From assembly GCA_963716255.1 (NCBI GenBank), contig OY970303.1, positions 3,744,001 to 3,808,000 on the forward strand: a DNA stretch of 64,000 nt. Reading direction: 5' to 3'. Shown one piece after another: positions 39,057 through 48,382 of the stretch (positions are counted from its first letter, which is position 1; each line of letters begins with the position of its first letter). The DNA comes from an uncultured Gemmatimonadales bacterium (GTDB taxonomy: Bacteria > Gemmatimonadota > Gemmatimonadetes > Longimicrobiales > Longimicrobiaceae). The translations under genes and the position numbers were made by a program. Under the pieces are notes generated by a model. It ran no database searches. It was not told the DNA's origin and saw nothing but the letters and a program-made list of their open reading frames with translations.

Positions 39057-39833
39057 ATGATCCTTCCCATAGCTACCCGCCGCGTGCTTTCCGTTGCAGC
39101 GTTGGCAGTCGCACTGGCTGTCGTGGTTGTTCTCATCCGGTATGGTTATCGGCTCGCCTGGACAGGGCTTCCTGCATACACCAGCTCATCGGGCCAGGTC
39201 GTACCTGCAAAAACCCTCTGGGATTGGCTCGATCTGCTGATTGTTCCGTTGTTCCTGGCGATTGCTGCTTACCTGCTGGATGGATCGCGCAAGCGATCCG
39301 ACCAGCGGGTCGAAAGTGACCGGCAGAGGCAAAAGGTGCTCGAAGATTATTTCGCCTGCCTTACGGATCTCCTGCTGGAGCGCAAGCTGGCGACTCCGGT
39401 CGCAGACAATACCGTGGCAAGCATTGCTCGTACGCGAACCGTTGCCGCGCTGCGAATTCTCGACGGGCGAAGAAAGGCTCAACTCCTCCAGTTCATCTAC
39501 GAGGCCGGTCTCATCGGCCAGCCTCCCATCATCCAGCTGAACGGGGCCGATCTGTCGGCGGCAGACCTGACGGAGGCAACTCTGAGGGAATGTGAACTTC
39601 GCGGGGTTCACTTCCAGAATGCCGTCTTCAGAAACGCAGATCTCAGTCATGCCGACCTGCGAGGATCGGACTTTTCAGGAGCCGATCTGACGAATGCACA
39701 GCTACGGAACACGAACCTCGCGCAAGCGAACTTCCAAAAGGCGAATCTATCCGACGCCGACTTGAGCGGTGCGGCTGTGGAGGATGTCGATTTCCCCGAT
39801 GTGAGTGGTCCACCCATGCACTTCACGAAATAG
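39057..39833 (+). CDS. Membrane-anchored pentapeptide-repeat protein
   Basis: KTLWDWLDLLIVP; A(D/N)LxxA repeats; visibly lower GC than flanks. Confidence 0.88.
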   Translation: MILPIATRRVLSVAALAVALAVVVVLIRYGYRLAWTGLPAYTSSSGQVVPAKTLWDWLDLLIVPLFLAIAAYLLDGSRKRSDQRVESDRQRQKVLEDYFACLTDLLLERKLATPVADNTVASIARTRTVAALRILDGRRKAQLLQFIYEAGLIGQPPIIQLNGADLSAADLTEATLRECELRGVHFQNAVFRNADLSHADLRGSDFSGADLTNAQLRNTNLAQANFQKANLSDADLSGAAVEDVDFPDVSGPPMHFTK

Positions 39834-39858
39834 CTCATCCCCCGAAAAGAGGTGCACG

Positions 39859-40044
39859 ATGGCCGAAGAAATGTGTACTCGGTGCCATGGGACCGGAGAC
39901 GTGCCGTGTCAGGGCTGTAGCGGCTCCGGCAAGGTGGAGGGGAGCCGCGAGTGGAAACAGGTAAACCCCTGGTCGTCGTGTGCGTCGTGCCACGGGAGAG
40001 GCACGGTTTCCTGCCGTAAGTGTGGGGGTAGTGGCAAGACATAG
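39859..40044 (+). CDS. Stand-alone DnaJ-type zinc-finger mini-protein
   Basis: Four CxxCxGxG repeats in 61 aa; GAGG RBS. Confidence 0.75.
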   Translation: MAEEMCTRCHGTGDVPCQGCSGSGKVEGSREWKQVNPWSSCASCHGRGTVSCRKCGGSGKT

Positions 40045-40566
40045 CGCGCATTGGCCTGAGGAGAAACTGCAGGGACGCGAGGCAGCTTCACGCTGCCCAT
40101 TCGATCCAGGCTTTCCGTCCCACGTGCAGCTTGTCTCTCGGGCATTGACCGAACAGAATGGTACCGGTTCTTCCAAGGGGTTCGGCCCGTGACCGGATGA
40201 ACCCGTCCGTGCTCCACGCGCGTCGTTTCGTCGACCCCCCCTGCCCGAGGCTACCCCCCGCGCGCCGCCGCTCCCGCCCGCTCCTCGCCCCGGTCGTGTG
40301 CCGCCTGCTCCTCGCCTGCTCGGACGACCTCCTCCCGCTGACTGGGCCTGCCCTCGCTGCGGCGGGGCGTGCCCAGCGCCATCGCCCGCATTTCCGAGGA
40401 CAGCGCCGCCGCCGGTCACCCGGTCGTCGCAGCGGGAAAGCGACGCCGCCGCGCTCCGTATTTTCGAGTGGGAGGCGCGGCGCGCCGTGTGCGGATAGGT
40501 TCGTCCGCCGCCGGGCAGCGAGCGCGCCGGCGATCCGACCCCCATCCATCTCCATGAAGGCAACTC

Positions 40567-40914
40567 ATGCGGATCGTTCCTGATCAGCTGCACGGGACGG
40601 AGCGCGTCTTCTTCGCCACGGCGCAGGCGGTCGTCTGCGTGCTGGCCCTGTACCTGGCCTACGTCGCCGCCAGCTTCCTCGCCGTGGAAGCGATGAGCCC
40701 CGGCCAGCTGAACGACCACGGTGTGAAGCTGGCGTTCTCGCTCATGCTGGCGTTCAGCCTGATCGTCGCCGCCGGGACCGCCTTCCTGGCCTGGACGTTC
40801 GCCCGGGGCGCCAAGATCGGCGTCACCCGGCGCGAAGGCGTGGCCCTGCGGGTGGCCGTCGCGCTCGCCGTGCTGGGGAGCGCGAGCGCATCCCTCTACT
40901 ACTTCCTGCGCTAG
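40567..40914 (+). CDS. Small membrane protein (3 TM)
   Basis: Three hydrophobic helices. Confidence 0.65.
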   Translation: MRIVPDQLHGTERVFFATAQAVVCVLALYLAYVAASFLAVEAMSPGQLNDHGVKLAFSLMLAFSLIVAAGTAFLAWTFARGAKIGVTRREGVALRVAVALAVLGSASASLYYFLR

Positions 40915-40934
40915 CCAGGCGAAAGCGGCGTGGG

Positions 40935-40963
40935 TTGACCTAGCAAAAAGAGGCGTGTATCAT
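40935..40963 (+). promoter_or_regulatory. Sigma70-like promoter of peptide gene 3
   Basis: TTGACC-N17-TATCAT. Confidence 0.7.
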
Positions 40964-41018
40964 GCGCTGGCGCTCCGACGGAGCGCACGCGGACAAAACC
41001 CTCTTTCCAGGAGGACGT

Positions 41019-41246
41019 ATGCGCCTTTCGTTTTCGCACCTGCGCCGGGGGATCCTCGGCCTGGCGTTCGCGGGCTCCCTCGGCTTCGGCGCCGCCCAGG
41101 CGGTCGCGAGCGAGGGCTCCTGGCCGCTCCCGCGGACCTGCCCCCCCAGGTCTTACGAGTACGTCACCCCGGATTGCAACGCCTACTGCAACGGACCCGG
41201 GTTCTGCGCCACCAACGGCTACTGCCATTGCGGCCCCCTCCCCTGA
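41019..41246 (+). CDS. Small secreted six-Cys peptide 3 (defensin-like spacing)
   Basis: AGGAGGA RBS; MRLSFSHLRRGILGLAFAGSLGFGAAQAVA leader; core C-x11-C-x3-C-x5-C-x5-C-x-C. Confidence 0.8.
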   Translation: MRLSFSHLRRGILGLAFAGSLGFGAAQAVASEGSWPLPRTCPPRSYEYVTPDCNAYCNGPGFCATNGYCHCGPLP

Positions 41247-41268
41247 AGAGGGAGGCCGCCGCAGCGAA

Positions 41269-41304
41269 TCGGCCCCGGCGCCTCGATCGAGGCGCCGGGG
41301 CCGA
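41269..41304. terminator. Palindromic hairpin between peptide 3 and xseB
   Basis: TCGGCCCCGGCGCCTCGATCGAGGCGCCGGGGCCGA. Confidence 0.65.
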
Positions 41305-41327
41305 CGTCGTTCCGGGCCGCGGCGCGC

Positions 41328-41582
41328 CTACTCCTCCATCCCCCGCAGCGGCGCCGCTCCGGTCTCCGTCATCAGCACCTCCACCTCCGAGCGCACGGAG
41401 TTGAGGATGCGCTTCGCGGCGAGGACGTGCGTGCACCCCTCGCGGTACAGGGCGAGCTGGTCCTCCAGGTCCACGTCGTCGCGGTCCAGCTCGCGGCGGA
41501 TCTCTTCCAGCCGGGCGAGCAGCACCCCGAGGCGCGGCTCGGCGGACGCTTCGGCGGGGGACGGGGCAGAGGTACGGGCCAT
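41328..41582 (-). CDS. xseB: Exodeoxyribonuclease VII small subunit
   Basis: RLEEIRRELDRDDVDLEDQLALYREG; directly after xseA. Confidence 0.85.
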   Translation of the reverse strand: MARTSAPSPAEASAEPRLGVLLARLEEIRRELDRDDVDLEDQLALYREGCTHVLAAKRILNSVRSEVEVLMTETGAAPLRGMEE

Positions 41583-41590
41583 CGGCGGCT

Positions 41591-43018
41591 TCAGGGAACG
41601 GGGAGATCGGGGACGGGATCGGGCGCGGCGCTCTCCACGCGGACCCGGAGCTCGCCCTGGGCCAGGCGGACGCGCAGGCGCTGCTCGGGCGCCACCTCGG
41701 CGGCGGAGCGCACCGGGCGGCCGTCGTCGCGCGACACCACGGCGTAGCCGCGGGCCAGCACGCGCAGCGGCGAGCGGGCGTCCAGCCCCTCCGCGCCCAG
41801 GGCCAGTCGCTGCTCGTGCGCCTCCAGCCGGCCGTGGAGGGCGGTGGCGGCCTCCGCCTCCGCGGCGGCGGTGTCCAGGGTGAGCGCGTCCACGCGGCGC
41901 GCCATCCCAGCGTGCAGGTCGCCCGCGGCGCGGCGCAGGCGCGCCTCCACCCCCTCCAGCAGGCGGCGGGGGGAGCGCGCCTCCAGGTGCAGCGACGCCC
42001 CGGAGACCCCGGCTTCCAGCAGCGCCACCCGCCGCCCGAAGGCGTGCTCGGCGGCGCGGGCCTGCGCGTCCAGCGCGTCGCCGCGGCGGGCGGCGGCCCG
42101 GCGCACCCGGGCCGCGTTCTCGTCGGCGAATCCCCCCACGTACGCGGCGATCTCGCGCCCGTCGGGAACCGCTCGCTCGGCGCCGGCGGTAGGGGTGGCG
42201 GCGCGCACGTCGGCCACCAGGTCGGCCACGGTGTAGTCGGTCTCGTGCCCCACGGCGGAGATCACCGGAACCGGGCAGGCGGCGATGGCGCGCGCCACCG
42301 GCTCCATGTTGAAGGCCCAGAGCGACTCCATGCTCCCGCCGCCGCGCGCCACGATCACCACGTCCACCGGGCAATCCTCGCGCCTCGCGCCGAAGCGGCG
42401 GATGGCCGCGGCCACGTCGTCGGCGGCCTCCGCACCCTCCACGCCGCAGTGCGACACCAGCATGGGCACCCACCAGGCCTTGCGGCGCATGGTGCGGTGC
42501 ATGTCGTGGAGGGCGGCGCTCTGCGCGGAGGTCACCACGCCCACGCGCTCCGGGTACAGCGGGACGGGGCGCTTGCGGGCCTCGTCCAGCAGCCCCTCCT
42601 CGCGCAGCGTGGCGACGAGCCGGTCCTTTGCGACCTGCCAGAGCCCCCCGGCGCGGGTGGTCTCCACCCGCTGCACGTCCAGCTGGAACTGCCCCCGCCG
42701 CACGAAGATCCCCAGCTGCCCCATCACCTCCACCTGCATCCCGTCCTCGGGGAGCGCGGGGAGGTGGCGCGCCGTGCTCGCCCACAGGACGCAGCACAGC
42801 TCGGCGCGGTCGTCCTTGAGGGTGAAGTAGCAGTGGCCGGAGCGGTGCTTCTTCCACCCGGACACCTCGCCGCGCACCCACACCGACCCGGCCGCCTGGC
42901 GGATCACCTCGTCCGCGCGGCTGACCACGCGCCACACGCTGAACACCTTGCGCGGCGCCACGGCCTGCGCCTGCGGCGCGGCGGCGGGTGCGGGGATGGC
43001 GAGCCGGGAAGTTGCCAA
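41591..43018 (-). CDS. xseA: Exodeoxyribonuclease VII large subunit
   Basis: VWVRGEVS, SGHCYFTLKD, ARGGGSMESLWAFN, SAVGHETD, RAATPTA, LARGYA. Confidence 0.95.
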   Translation of the reverse strand: MATSRLAIPAPAAAPQAQAVAPRKVFSVWRVVSRADEVIRQAAGSVWVRGEVSGWKKHRSGHCYFTLKDDRAELCCVLWASTARHLPALPEDGMQVEVMGQLGIFVRRGQFQLDVQRVETTRAGGLWQVAKDRLVATLREEGLLDEARKRPVPLYPERVGVVTSAQSAALHDMHRTMRRKAWWVPMLVSHCGVEGAEAADDVAAAIRRFGARREDCPVDVVIVARGGGSMESLWAFNMEPVARAIAACPVPVISAVGHETDYTVADLVADVRAATPTAGAERAVPDGREIAAYVGGFADENAARVRRAAARRGDALDAQARAAEHAFGRRVALLEAGVSGASLHLEARSPRRLLEGVEARLRRAAGDLHAGMARRVDALTLDTAAAEAEAATALHGRLEAHEQRLALGAEGLDARSPLRVLARGYAVVSRDDGRPVRSAAEVAPEQRLRVRLAQGELRVRVESAAPDPVPDLPVP

Positions 43019-43142
43019 TGGACGCCGGGGTGCGGGGGCGAGGTCGCTTCGCCTGTAAAGTAACGCTCCGGGCGGACATCGGGGTAGACGCGCGCCGCGG
43101 GGTGCGGGGAGGCGTCCAGTTTCGGGTGCGTGGACGGGGAAT

Positions 43143-43215
43143 GGAAGTGCGAAAGTACGAAAGCGCGAAGTACGAAGAAGCGCCCCCGCCGGGAGATCCC
43201 GGTGGGGGCGCTTTG
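43143..43215 (+). repeat. Family C repeat: AGT[AG]CG tandem units plus hairpin
   Basis: Inverted homologue at 46090..46157. Confidence 0.55.
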
Positions 43216-43236
43216 GTCGAGGTCCGCTCAGACCCT

Positions 43237-43373
43237 CGCGTGAGGGATTCCGGCCCGAAGGGGCGAGACCGCGCGGCTGTTTGCGCGGGCTCGACTCCGT
43301 TAGCCCGCGTTGTTTGCGGGCTTACGGAGCCGAAGCCCGACCCCGGCGCCAGACGGGGGCACGCCCGAACCCG
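43237..43373 (-). repeat. Family A repeat, copy 9
   Basis: Central stem AGCCCGC/GCGGGCT. Confidence 0.95.
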
Positions 43374-43400
43374 CCCTTCAAAGCCGTCCTGTCGTCCAGG

Positions 43401-45797
43401 TCAGAGCGTCAGCCTGGTGATCCGGCCGAGCGTCGTGGCGGTGGTCGTCCAGTCGGGGAGCTGCCCCAGGAGCTGGTCGATGGCCGGGGACGAGCCGGGC
43501 GAGTAGTTCTCCACCACCTCGGCCTCCACCGGCTCCGCCCCGCGGATGCGCAGCGTGCCATCCCACCCCTCGGCGTTGCCGTAGGCGCGCAGCACGACCA
43601 TCGCGCCCTGCCCGGGCCGCGTGGGCGCCTGGGGATCCATGCGGGGCAGGCTCTCGCTGAACGACCAGCCGGCCAGCCGGGCCGCGGGAATGCGCACGTT
43701 GACCGCGTACTGGCGCCCGGGCGCGATGCGCAGGCGCACGGTGCGCTCGTCGCCCGCGGCGGCGCCCTCCGCCGTCGCGGTCACCGGCATCACGGGGAAG
43801 GGCGGGCGCTCCGCGGGGCGCGAGAAGCCCCGCCCGCGCGGCGCGAAGCGCGGCCCCGGTACCCCGGCGAGCGCCATCCCGGGGCTCAGCCAGTCGTCTC
43901 CGGTGACGAAGATCGTGGACGACGTGTCGGTGACCATCTGCTGCACCGCCAGGCGCTTGGGCCGCTCCGCGCTGTACGGGTGCGACAGCGCCAGCGCGAC
44001 CAGCCCCACCAGCCCCACCGCCGCCAGCACCCCGGAGGCCAGCCGCAGCCGCCCCGCCCGGTGCAGCGCGGCCGCGCCCGTGGCCGCAAGCCACACGGTG
44101 GGGAGCGCCACCATCAGCGCGATCACCGGGTCGAAGGCGATCCCCACCGGGAAGCGCCCCGCCACCGGCGCGAACAGCTTGAGCAGGACGATCTGCACCT
44201 GCGCCGTGAGCAGCGCCGGGACCACCCACGCCACCAGCAGCGCGGCCCACCAGGCCCGCGGCGCGAAGGTCCACACCAGCAGCCCAAGCGCCCCCGCGAG
44301 CGTCCACCAGAGCGCCACGTACCCCGTCCCCAGCCCCGCGAAGGTGCAGAGCGCGAGCAGCAGCGCCCAGGCCAGGGTGGCGCCCGCCAGCGTGGCGCGC
44401 CCCTCGTCGCCCGCGCCGCGCCGCCGGCCGCGGCGCTCCCAGACGCCGTGCACGAACAGGAACGCCGCGAGCGCCAGCGCGCCGAAGGTCACCCACCCCA
44501 GCCCCGGCCGCGCGAACCACCCGTGCGGCCGCCCCAGCACCATCCCCAGCACGTAGCCCACGACCACCGGCACCAGGAGCCCGGCGACCGTCGCCAGCAG
44601 GGTCACGCCCATCCCCGCGAGCGCCCGGCCCCAGGTGAGCGGGGTGCGGCGGGCCGCCACGGCCACCGCGGCGAGCGCCAGCAGGATCGCGACCACGGCC
44701 AGGATCATGGCCGTGCCCGCCGAGTAGGCGAACATGGTCCGCCCCAGGAGGTCGTAGTAGATGGAGGGCGCGGCGCTCACGTTGCCGGGGAGCGGCCCGG
44801 TGGCCAGCTCGCGGACCAGCGCCAGCGTGTTGCCCCCCATGTGCTGGATGGAGCCCGGCTGCACCCGCTCCACCCGGTCGAGCGCCGTGTGGTAGGCGTA
44901 GCCGTCCTGGTACAGCGCGACGTCCAGCCCGCGCAGCCGTCCCTGGTCGCGGTAGACGCGGAAGTCGGTGTCCGAGGGGATGGCGCCGCTCTGGAAGATG
45001 TCCTGCCCCAGCACGGTGCCGTAGGGGAGGGGGACGGAGCGGGCGTACTCCTCCGTGAGCCAGTCGTTGCCCGGCCCCGCCTGGAAGAGCACCGCCTTTC
45101 CGCGCGGCCCCGCCGACTCCAGGTTGACGAAGGCGCGGACGTCCGCCGCCCAGGGGTGGTCCAGGAAGGCCTTGGAGCCCAGGAGCCCGGCCTCCTCGCC
45201 GTCGTTGAAGTTGAAGACCACCGTGTGCTGCGGACGCGGCCCCGCCGCCAGGGCGCGCGCCACCTCCACCGCCGCCGCCACCGAAACGGCGTTGTCGCCC
45301 GCGCCGAAGCTTTCCGGCGGCGAGTCGTAGTGCGCCGACACCAGCACCGCCGAGGCCGAGTCGCCGCGGATGCGGGCCAGCACGTTGGTGGTGCGGCGGA
45401 GCTCGGTCGTCCCCGGGCGCCACATGGCCTCCCCGGATTCCATGCGGTCCTGCATCTGCACCTCCACCCCGGGGATCGCCCCCAGCGTGGCGGCCAGGTA
45501 CGCCGCCGCCCGATCGCGCTCCGACGAGCCGGTCACCCGCCGGCCGATCGTGCCCGCCAGGAACTGCATCACGGGACGCGCCCGCGCCTCCGAGAACTCC
45601 GTGGGCGGCGCGCCGGCGGACACCGGCGCGGGCGGCCGGTCGCCCCATTCGGCGAGGGCCAGCACGGCCGCGAGGACCGCCGCCGAAGCCAGCCAGACGA
45701 GGCCGCGGCGCCCGCGGGGCTCGCGGGGCTCGTCGACGGGAGGAGACACGGGGGCGCGGCGGGTCCCGTGGGTGCGAATGTGGGTGGGTTCTTCCAT
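43401..45797 (-). CDS. M28-family membrane metallopeptidase (ERMP1-like)
   Basis: SAHYDS, GAGDN, DGEEAGLLGS, NLES, SDTDF, YHTALD; multiple TM segments follow. Confidence 0.9.
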   Translation of the reverse strand: MEEPTHIRTHGTRRAPVSPPVDEPREPRGRRGLVWLASAAVLAAVLALAEWGDRPPAPVSAGAPPTEFSEARARPVMQFLAGTIGRRVTGSSERDRAAAYLAATLGAIPGVEVQMQDRMESGEAMWRPGTTELRRTTNVLARIRGDSASAVLVSAHYDSPPESFGAGDNAVSVAAAVEVARALAAGPRPQHTVVFNFNDGEEAGLLGSKAFLDHPWAADVRAFVNLESAGPRGKAVLFQAGPGNDWLTEEYARSVPLPYGTVLGQDIFQSGAIPSDTDFRVYRDQGRLRGLDVALYQDGYAYHTALDRVERVQPGSIQHMGGNTLALVRELATGPLPGNVSAAPSIYYDLLGRTMFAYSAGTAMILAVVAILLALAAVAVAARRTPLTWGRALAGMGVTLLATVAGLLVPVVVGYVLGMVLGRPHGWFARPGLGWVTFGALALAAFLFVHGVWERRGRRRGAGDEGRATLAGATLAWALLLALCTFAGLGTGYVALWWTLAGALGLLVWTFAPRAWWAALLVAWVVPALLTAQVQIVLLKLFAPVAGRFPVGIAFDPVIALMVALPTVWLAATGAAALHRAGRLRLASGVLAAVGLVGLVALALSHPYSAERPKRLAVQQMVTDTSSTIFVTGDDWLSPGMALAGVPGPRFAPRGRGFSRPAERPPFPVMPVTATAEGAAAGDERTVRLRIAPGRQYAVNVRIPAARLAGWSFSESLPRMDPQAPTRPGQGAMVVLRAYGNAEGWDGTLRIRGAEPVEAEVVENYSPGSSPAIDQLLGQLPDWTTTATTLGRITRLTL

Positions 45798-46089
45798 GGG
45801 AGGCTTGGGAGGCTGCGGCAGGAGAGGCCCGGGGTGGGCGATGTAATTGATGGCGGACAATATGCGACCACCCGGCGGCGGGCGCAACGACCTCGGCGGC
45901 GGCTGGCGCGTGTGGGGTTGGATCGTGGCGTGGGGCCGCTCCGGAGCCGGACGATACTGCCGTCCGTCTCCTGCGCGGGTCGCGGAGCCACCGGAAACCG
46001 CCCCGGTGTCTCCGCTCCGGCTCCGGGAACCTCACGCAAACGGCCGCGCGAGTTTCCCTCCGCAGAAGACCCGATGGGTACCGCGGAAC

Positions 46090-46157
46090 CGCGAAAGGCG
46101 CCCCTGCCGAGGTCTCCCGGCGAGGGCGCCTTTTCGTACTCCGCACTCCCGCACTTC
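46090..46157 (-). repeat. Family C repeat / terminator after the DUF3108 gene
   Basis: Minus strand AAGTGCGGGAGTGCGGAGTACGAAAAGGCGCCCTCGCCGGGAGACCTCGGCAGGGGCGCCTTT. Confidence 0.55.
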
Positions 46158-46974
46158 AGTTCGCCGGCGATCCGCCTCCGGCGTGCGTGGCCGACTGCAG
46201 CGCCATCGTCACCGATCCCACGAACGGCATGGACGACTCGATGCGCACGGGGACGCGGCGCTCGTCGTCGGTGAGGAAGAGCCGGATCACGGCCTCGCGC
46301 CCCTCCCTGTAGCGCTCCGGGTCGTGCACGCGCATCTCCACCACGATGGCCTGGAACTCGCCGGCCGGCACGGAAACCCGCTGGCGGCCCACGACGCGCA
46401 CCCGCACCGGGTTGCGGCGGGTGTCGAAGTGGCGGTTCAGGTCGTAGGCGGCGCCCGCCTCCAGCGGCAGCGTGCGGATGAAGAACAGGAACGACAGCTC
46501 GTCCAGCGGCGCCGCGGTGGGGGTGGCGCCCTGCTCGCCCCCGGCCGACGCCCACCTGCGGTCCGCCAGGTCCATGCGCACGTCCTCGCTGCGGCTGCCC
46601 AGCGGGCTGCGCTCGGTTTTGGTGTAGCGCATGGACGCCATGGCGCGCGCGTCGAGCCACGAGCGCGTGCGGTCGCGGATCATTGCGGGGCCCATGCGCC
46701 CGCTGAAGTCGAAGCCCAGGACGTAGGCGCGGCGCCCCTGCACCTCCTCCGGTCCGGTCACGGTCAGGGTCCCCGTCCCCAGCTTCCCGAAGCGGCTGCT
46801 GCTAGCCCGGTACACCAGCTCCTCGCCGATCCCGAAGGGGATGCGCGGGGCCTGCGCCCGCAGGCCGGAGCCGGGGAGGGCCAGCGCCAGTGCGGCGAGG
46901 ACGGCGAGGACCCGGCCTCCCGCGCCGCGCCGGACCCCGTGCCGGATGCTGCCGATGCCGTTGCCGTTGCCCAC
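46156..46974 (-). CDS. DUF3108-family secreted protein
   Basis: PFGIGEELVY, LDELSFLFFIRT, VPAGEF, TDDERRVPVRI; start uncertain. Confidence 0.75.
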   Translation of the reverse strand: MGNGNGIGSIRHGVRRGAGGRVLAVLAALALALPGSGLRAQAPRIPFGIGEELVYRASSSRFGKLGTGTLTVTGPEEVQGRRAYVLGFDFSGRMGPAMIRDRTRSWLDARAMASMRYTKTERSPLGSRSEDVRMDLADRRWASAGGEQGATPTAAPLDELSFLFFIRTLPLEAGAAYDLNRHFDTRRNPVRVRVVGRQRVSVPAGEFQAIVVEMRVHDPERYREGREAVIRLFLTDDERRVPVRIESSMPFVGSVTMALQSATHAGGGSPAN

Positions 46975-47155
46975 CTCTGCCTCCCTCGCTCGTGCGGTTC
47001 TCGCTTCCACCACCGGAAGCTAGGGCCGCGCGGGGCGCCCGAGTGTCGGGGCGGGGCGGAGGACGGTGTGGGGGGAGCCGGGAGACCGGGTGTGGGGGAT
47101 GTCCCCACACCGCGGTCATTGGTGGCCGGAGCCATTGGCGGGGCCGGCGGGTCGT

Positions 47156-47172
47156 GTTACCATAATGGTAAC
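47156..47172. promoter_or_regulatory. Palindromic operator of the higBA operon
   Basis: GTTACCAT-A-ATGGTAAC, AT-rich, 40 nt upstream of the toxin start. Confidence 0.65.
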
Positions 47173-47211
47173 GAATTCTGCGTGCTTCTATCCTTGTCCC
47201 CGGAGCCTGGC

Positions 47212-47508
47212 GTGCACGTCATCACCAGACAGCGCCTGGTCGAGTTCTGGAAGAAGCACCCCGATGCCGAGGAACCGCTGAAAGCCTGGATGGCGTTGAT
47301 GAAGGCGGGGCGGTTCCGGAACTCTCACGACCTGAAGGCCCGGTTCGGATCGGCGGACTTCCTGGGCGGCAGAAAAACGGTGTTCGACATCGGGGGAAAC
47401 AAGTACCGGCTGGTGGCGGTGATCTGGTACGAGACGGGACAGGTCCACATCAAGCACGTGCTGACGCACTCCGAGTACGACCGTCTGACCCGGTCGGGCG
47501 GGCTCTAG
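47212..47508 (+). CDS. higB: HigB-family toxin
   Basis: VHVITRQRLVEFWKKHPDA...W...FGSAD...VFDIGGNKYRLV...THSEYD. Confidence 0.9.
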   Translation: MHVITRQRLVEFWKKHPDAEEPLKAWMALMKAGRFRNSHDLKARFGSADFLGGRKTVFDIGGNKYRLVAVIWYETGQVHIKHVLTHSEYDRLTRSGGL

Positions 47509-47575
47509 CAGCGGGTCGGGGCCTGGGCACCGTCCGTTGAGCGGGAATGGTGCACATCAGCGGGTGAAAGGCGAA

Positions 47576-47956
47576 ATGGCAACGCTCCTCGACTTCAGCA
47601 GGCCGCACGTCCTCCGGAACCGGGAGGAGTACGATGCCGCCATCCGTGAGATCGACCTTCTTTCCGATCAGGATCCGGCGTCCGGTACGGAGGAGCACGA
47701 CCGCCTGCTCTTCCTCATGGTGCTCGTCGAGGCCTACGATACGGAGCACTACCCCGACGAGATGTTCGCGACCACGCCGCAGGCGGTGGTGGATTTCATG
47801 CTCGAGCAGAAGGGGGTGTCCCGGGCCGAGTTGGCGGAGGCGATGGGCGGCCGGAGCCGGGTGTCGGACTTCTTCCAGGGCAAGCGTCCCCTCTCCCGTG
47901 GGCAGATCGTCGCGCTCCGCGACCTCCTGGGCATCCCCGCCGACCTCCTCCTGTAG
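47576..47956 (+). CDS. higA: HigA-family antitoxin (HTH_XRE)
   Basis: EEYDAA, LVEAYD..HY, GGRSRVSDFFQGKRPLS, LGIPADLL. Confidence 0.9.
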   Translation: MATLLDFSRPHVLRNREEYDAAIREIDLLSDQDPASGTEEHDRLLFLMVLVEAYDTEHYPDEMFATTPQAVVDFMLEQKGVSRAELAEAMGGRSRVSDFFQGKRPLSRGQIVALRDLLGIPADLLL

Positions 47957-48057
47957 GCCGCGGTCGTTTCCCGAAGGCGCACGGATGCAGGCTCGCGGCG
48001 CCGCCGCGAGCCTGCATCCGCGTCCATGGCCGTATCGCTCCGGTTGCCCGGGAACCC

Positions 48058-48278
48058 TCACCTTTCCGCCGCCGCTCGGGCCGGCACCCGGCGCGCCGTG
48101 CTCCGCCACATGCGCGGGGGCGCCAGCAGCACGGGGCAGGGCGCCGACCACGCCACCTCCGATCCCACGCTCCCGGCCACCGCCCGGCCCAGCGGGCCGC
48201 GGTCCGCACCACCGCGTTCGGCGCGGCGCCCAGGTTCGAGGCGGCCAGGACGGGGCGGCGCAAGCTCGGGTGCTGCAT
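48058..48278 (-). pseudogene. Degenerate universal-stress-protein fragment
   Basis: RPVLAASNL in one frame and GSVGSEVAWSAPCPVL in another, with most of the middle missing. Confidence 0.45.
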
Positions 48279-48382
48279 GGGGTCCTCCCGGGGTCCGGCG
48301 TCGGCGCGGGGTGTCGAAGAGCGCCCGCAAAATTCCGTGTCTCCGTGTCCGCCGGGTCGGGGGTCCGGCGCGGCGTGGCCAA

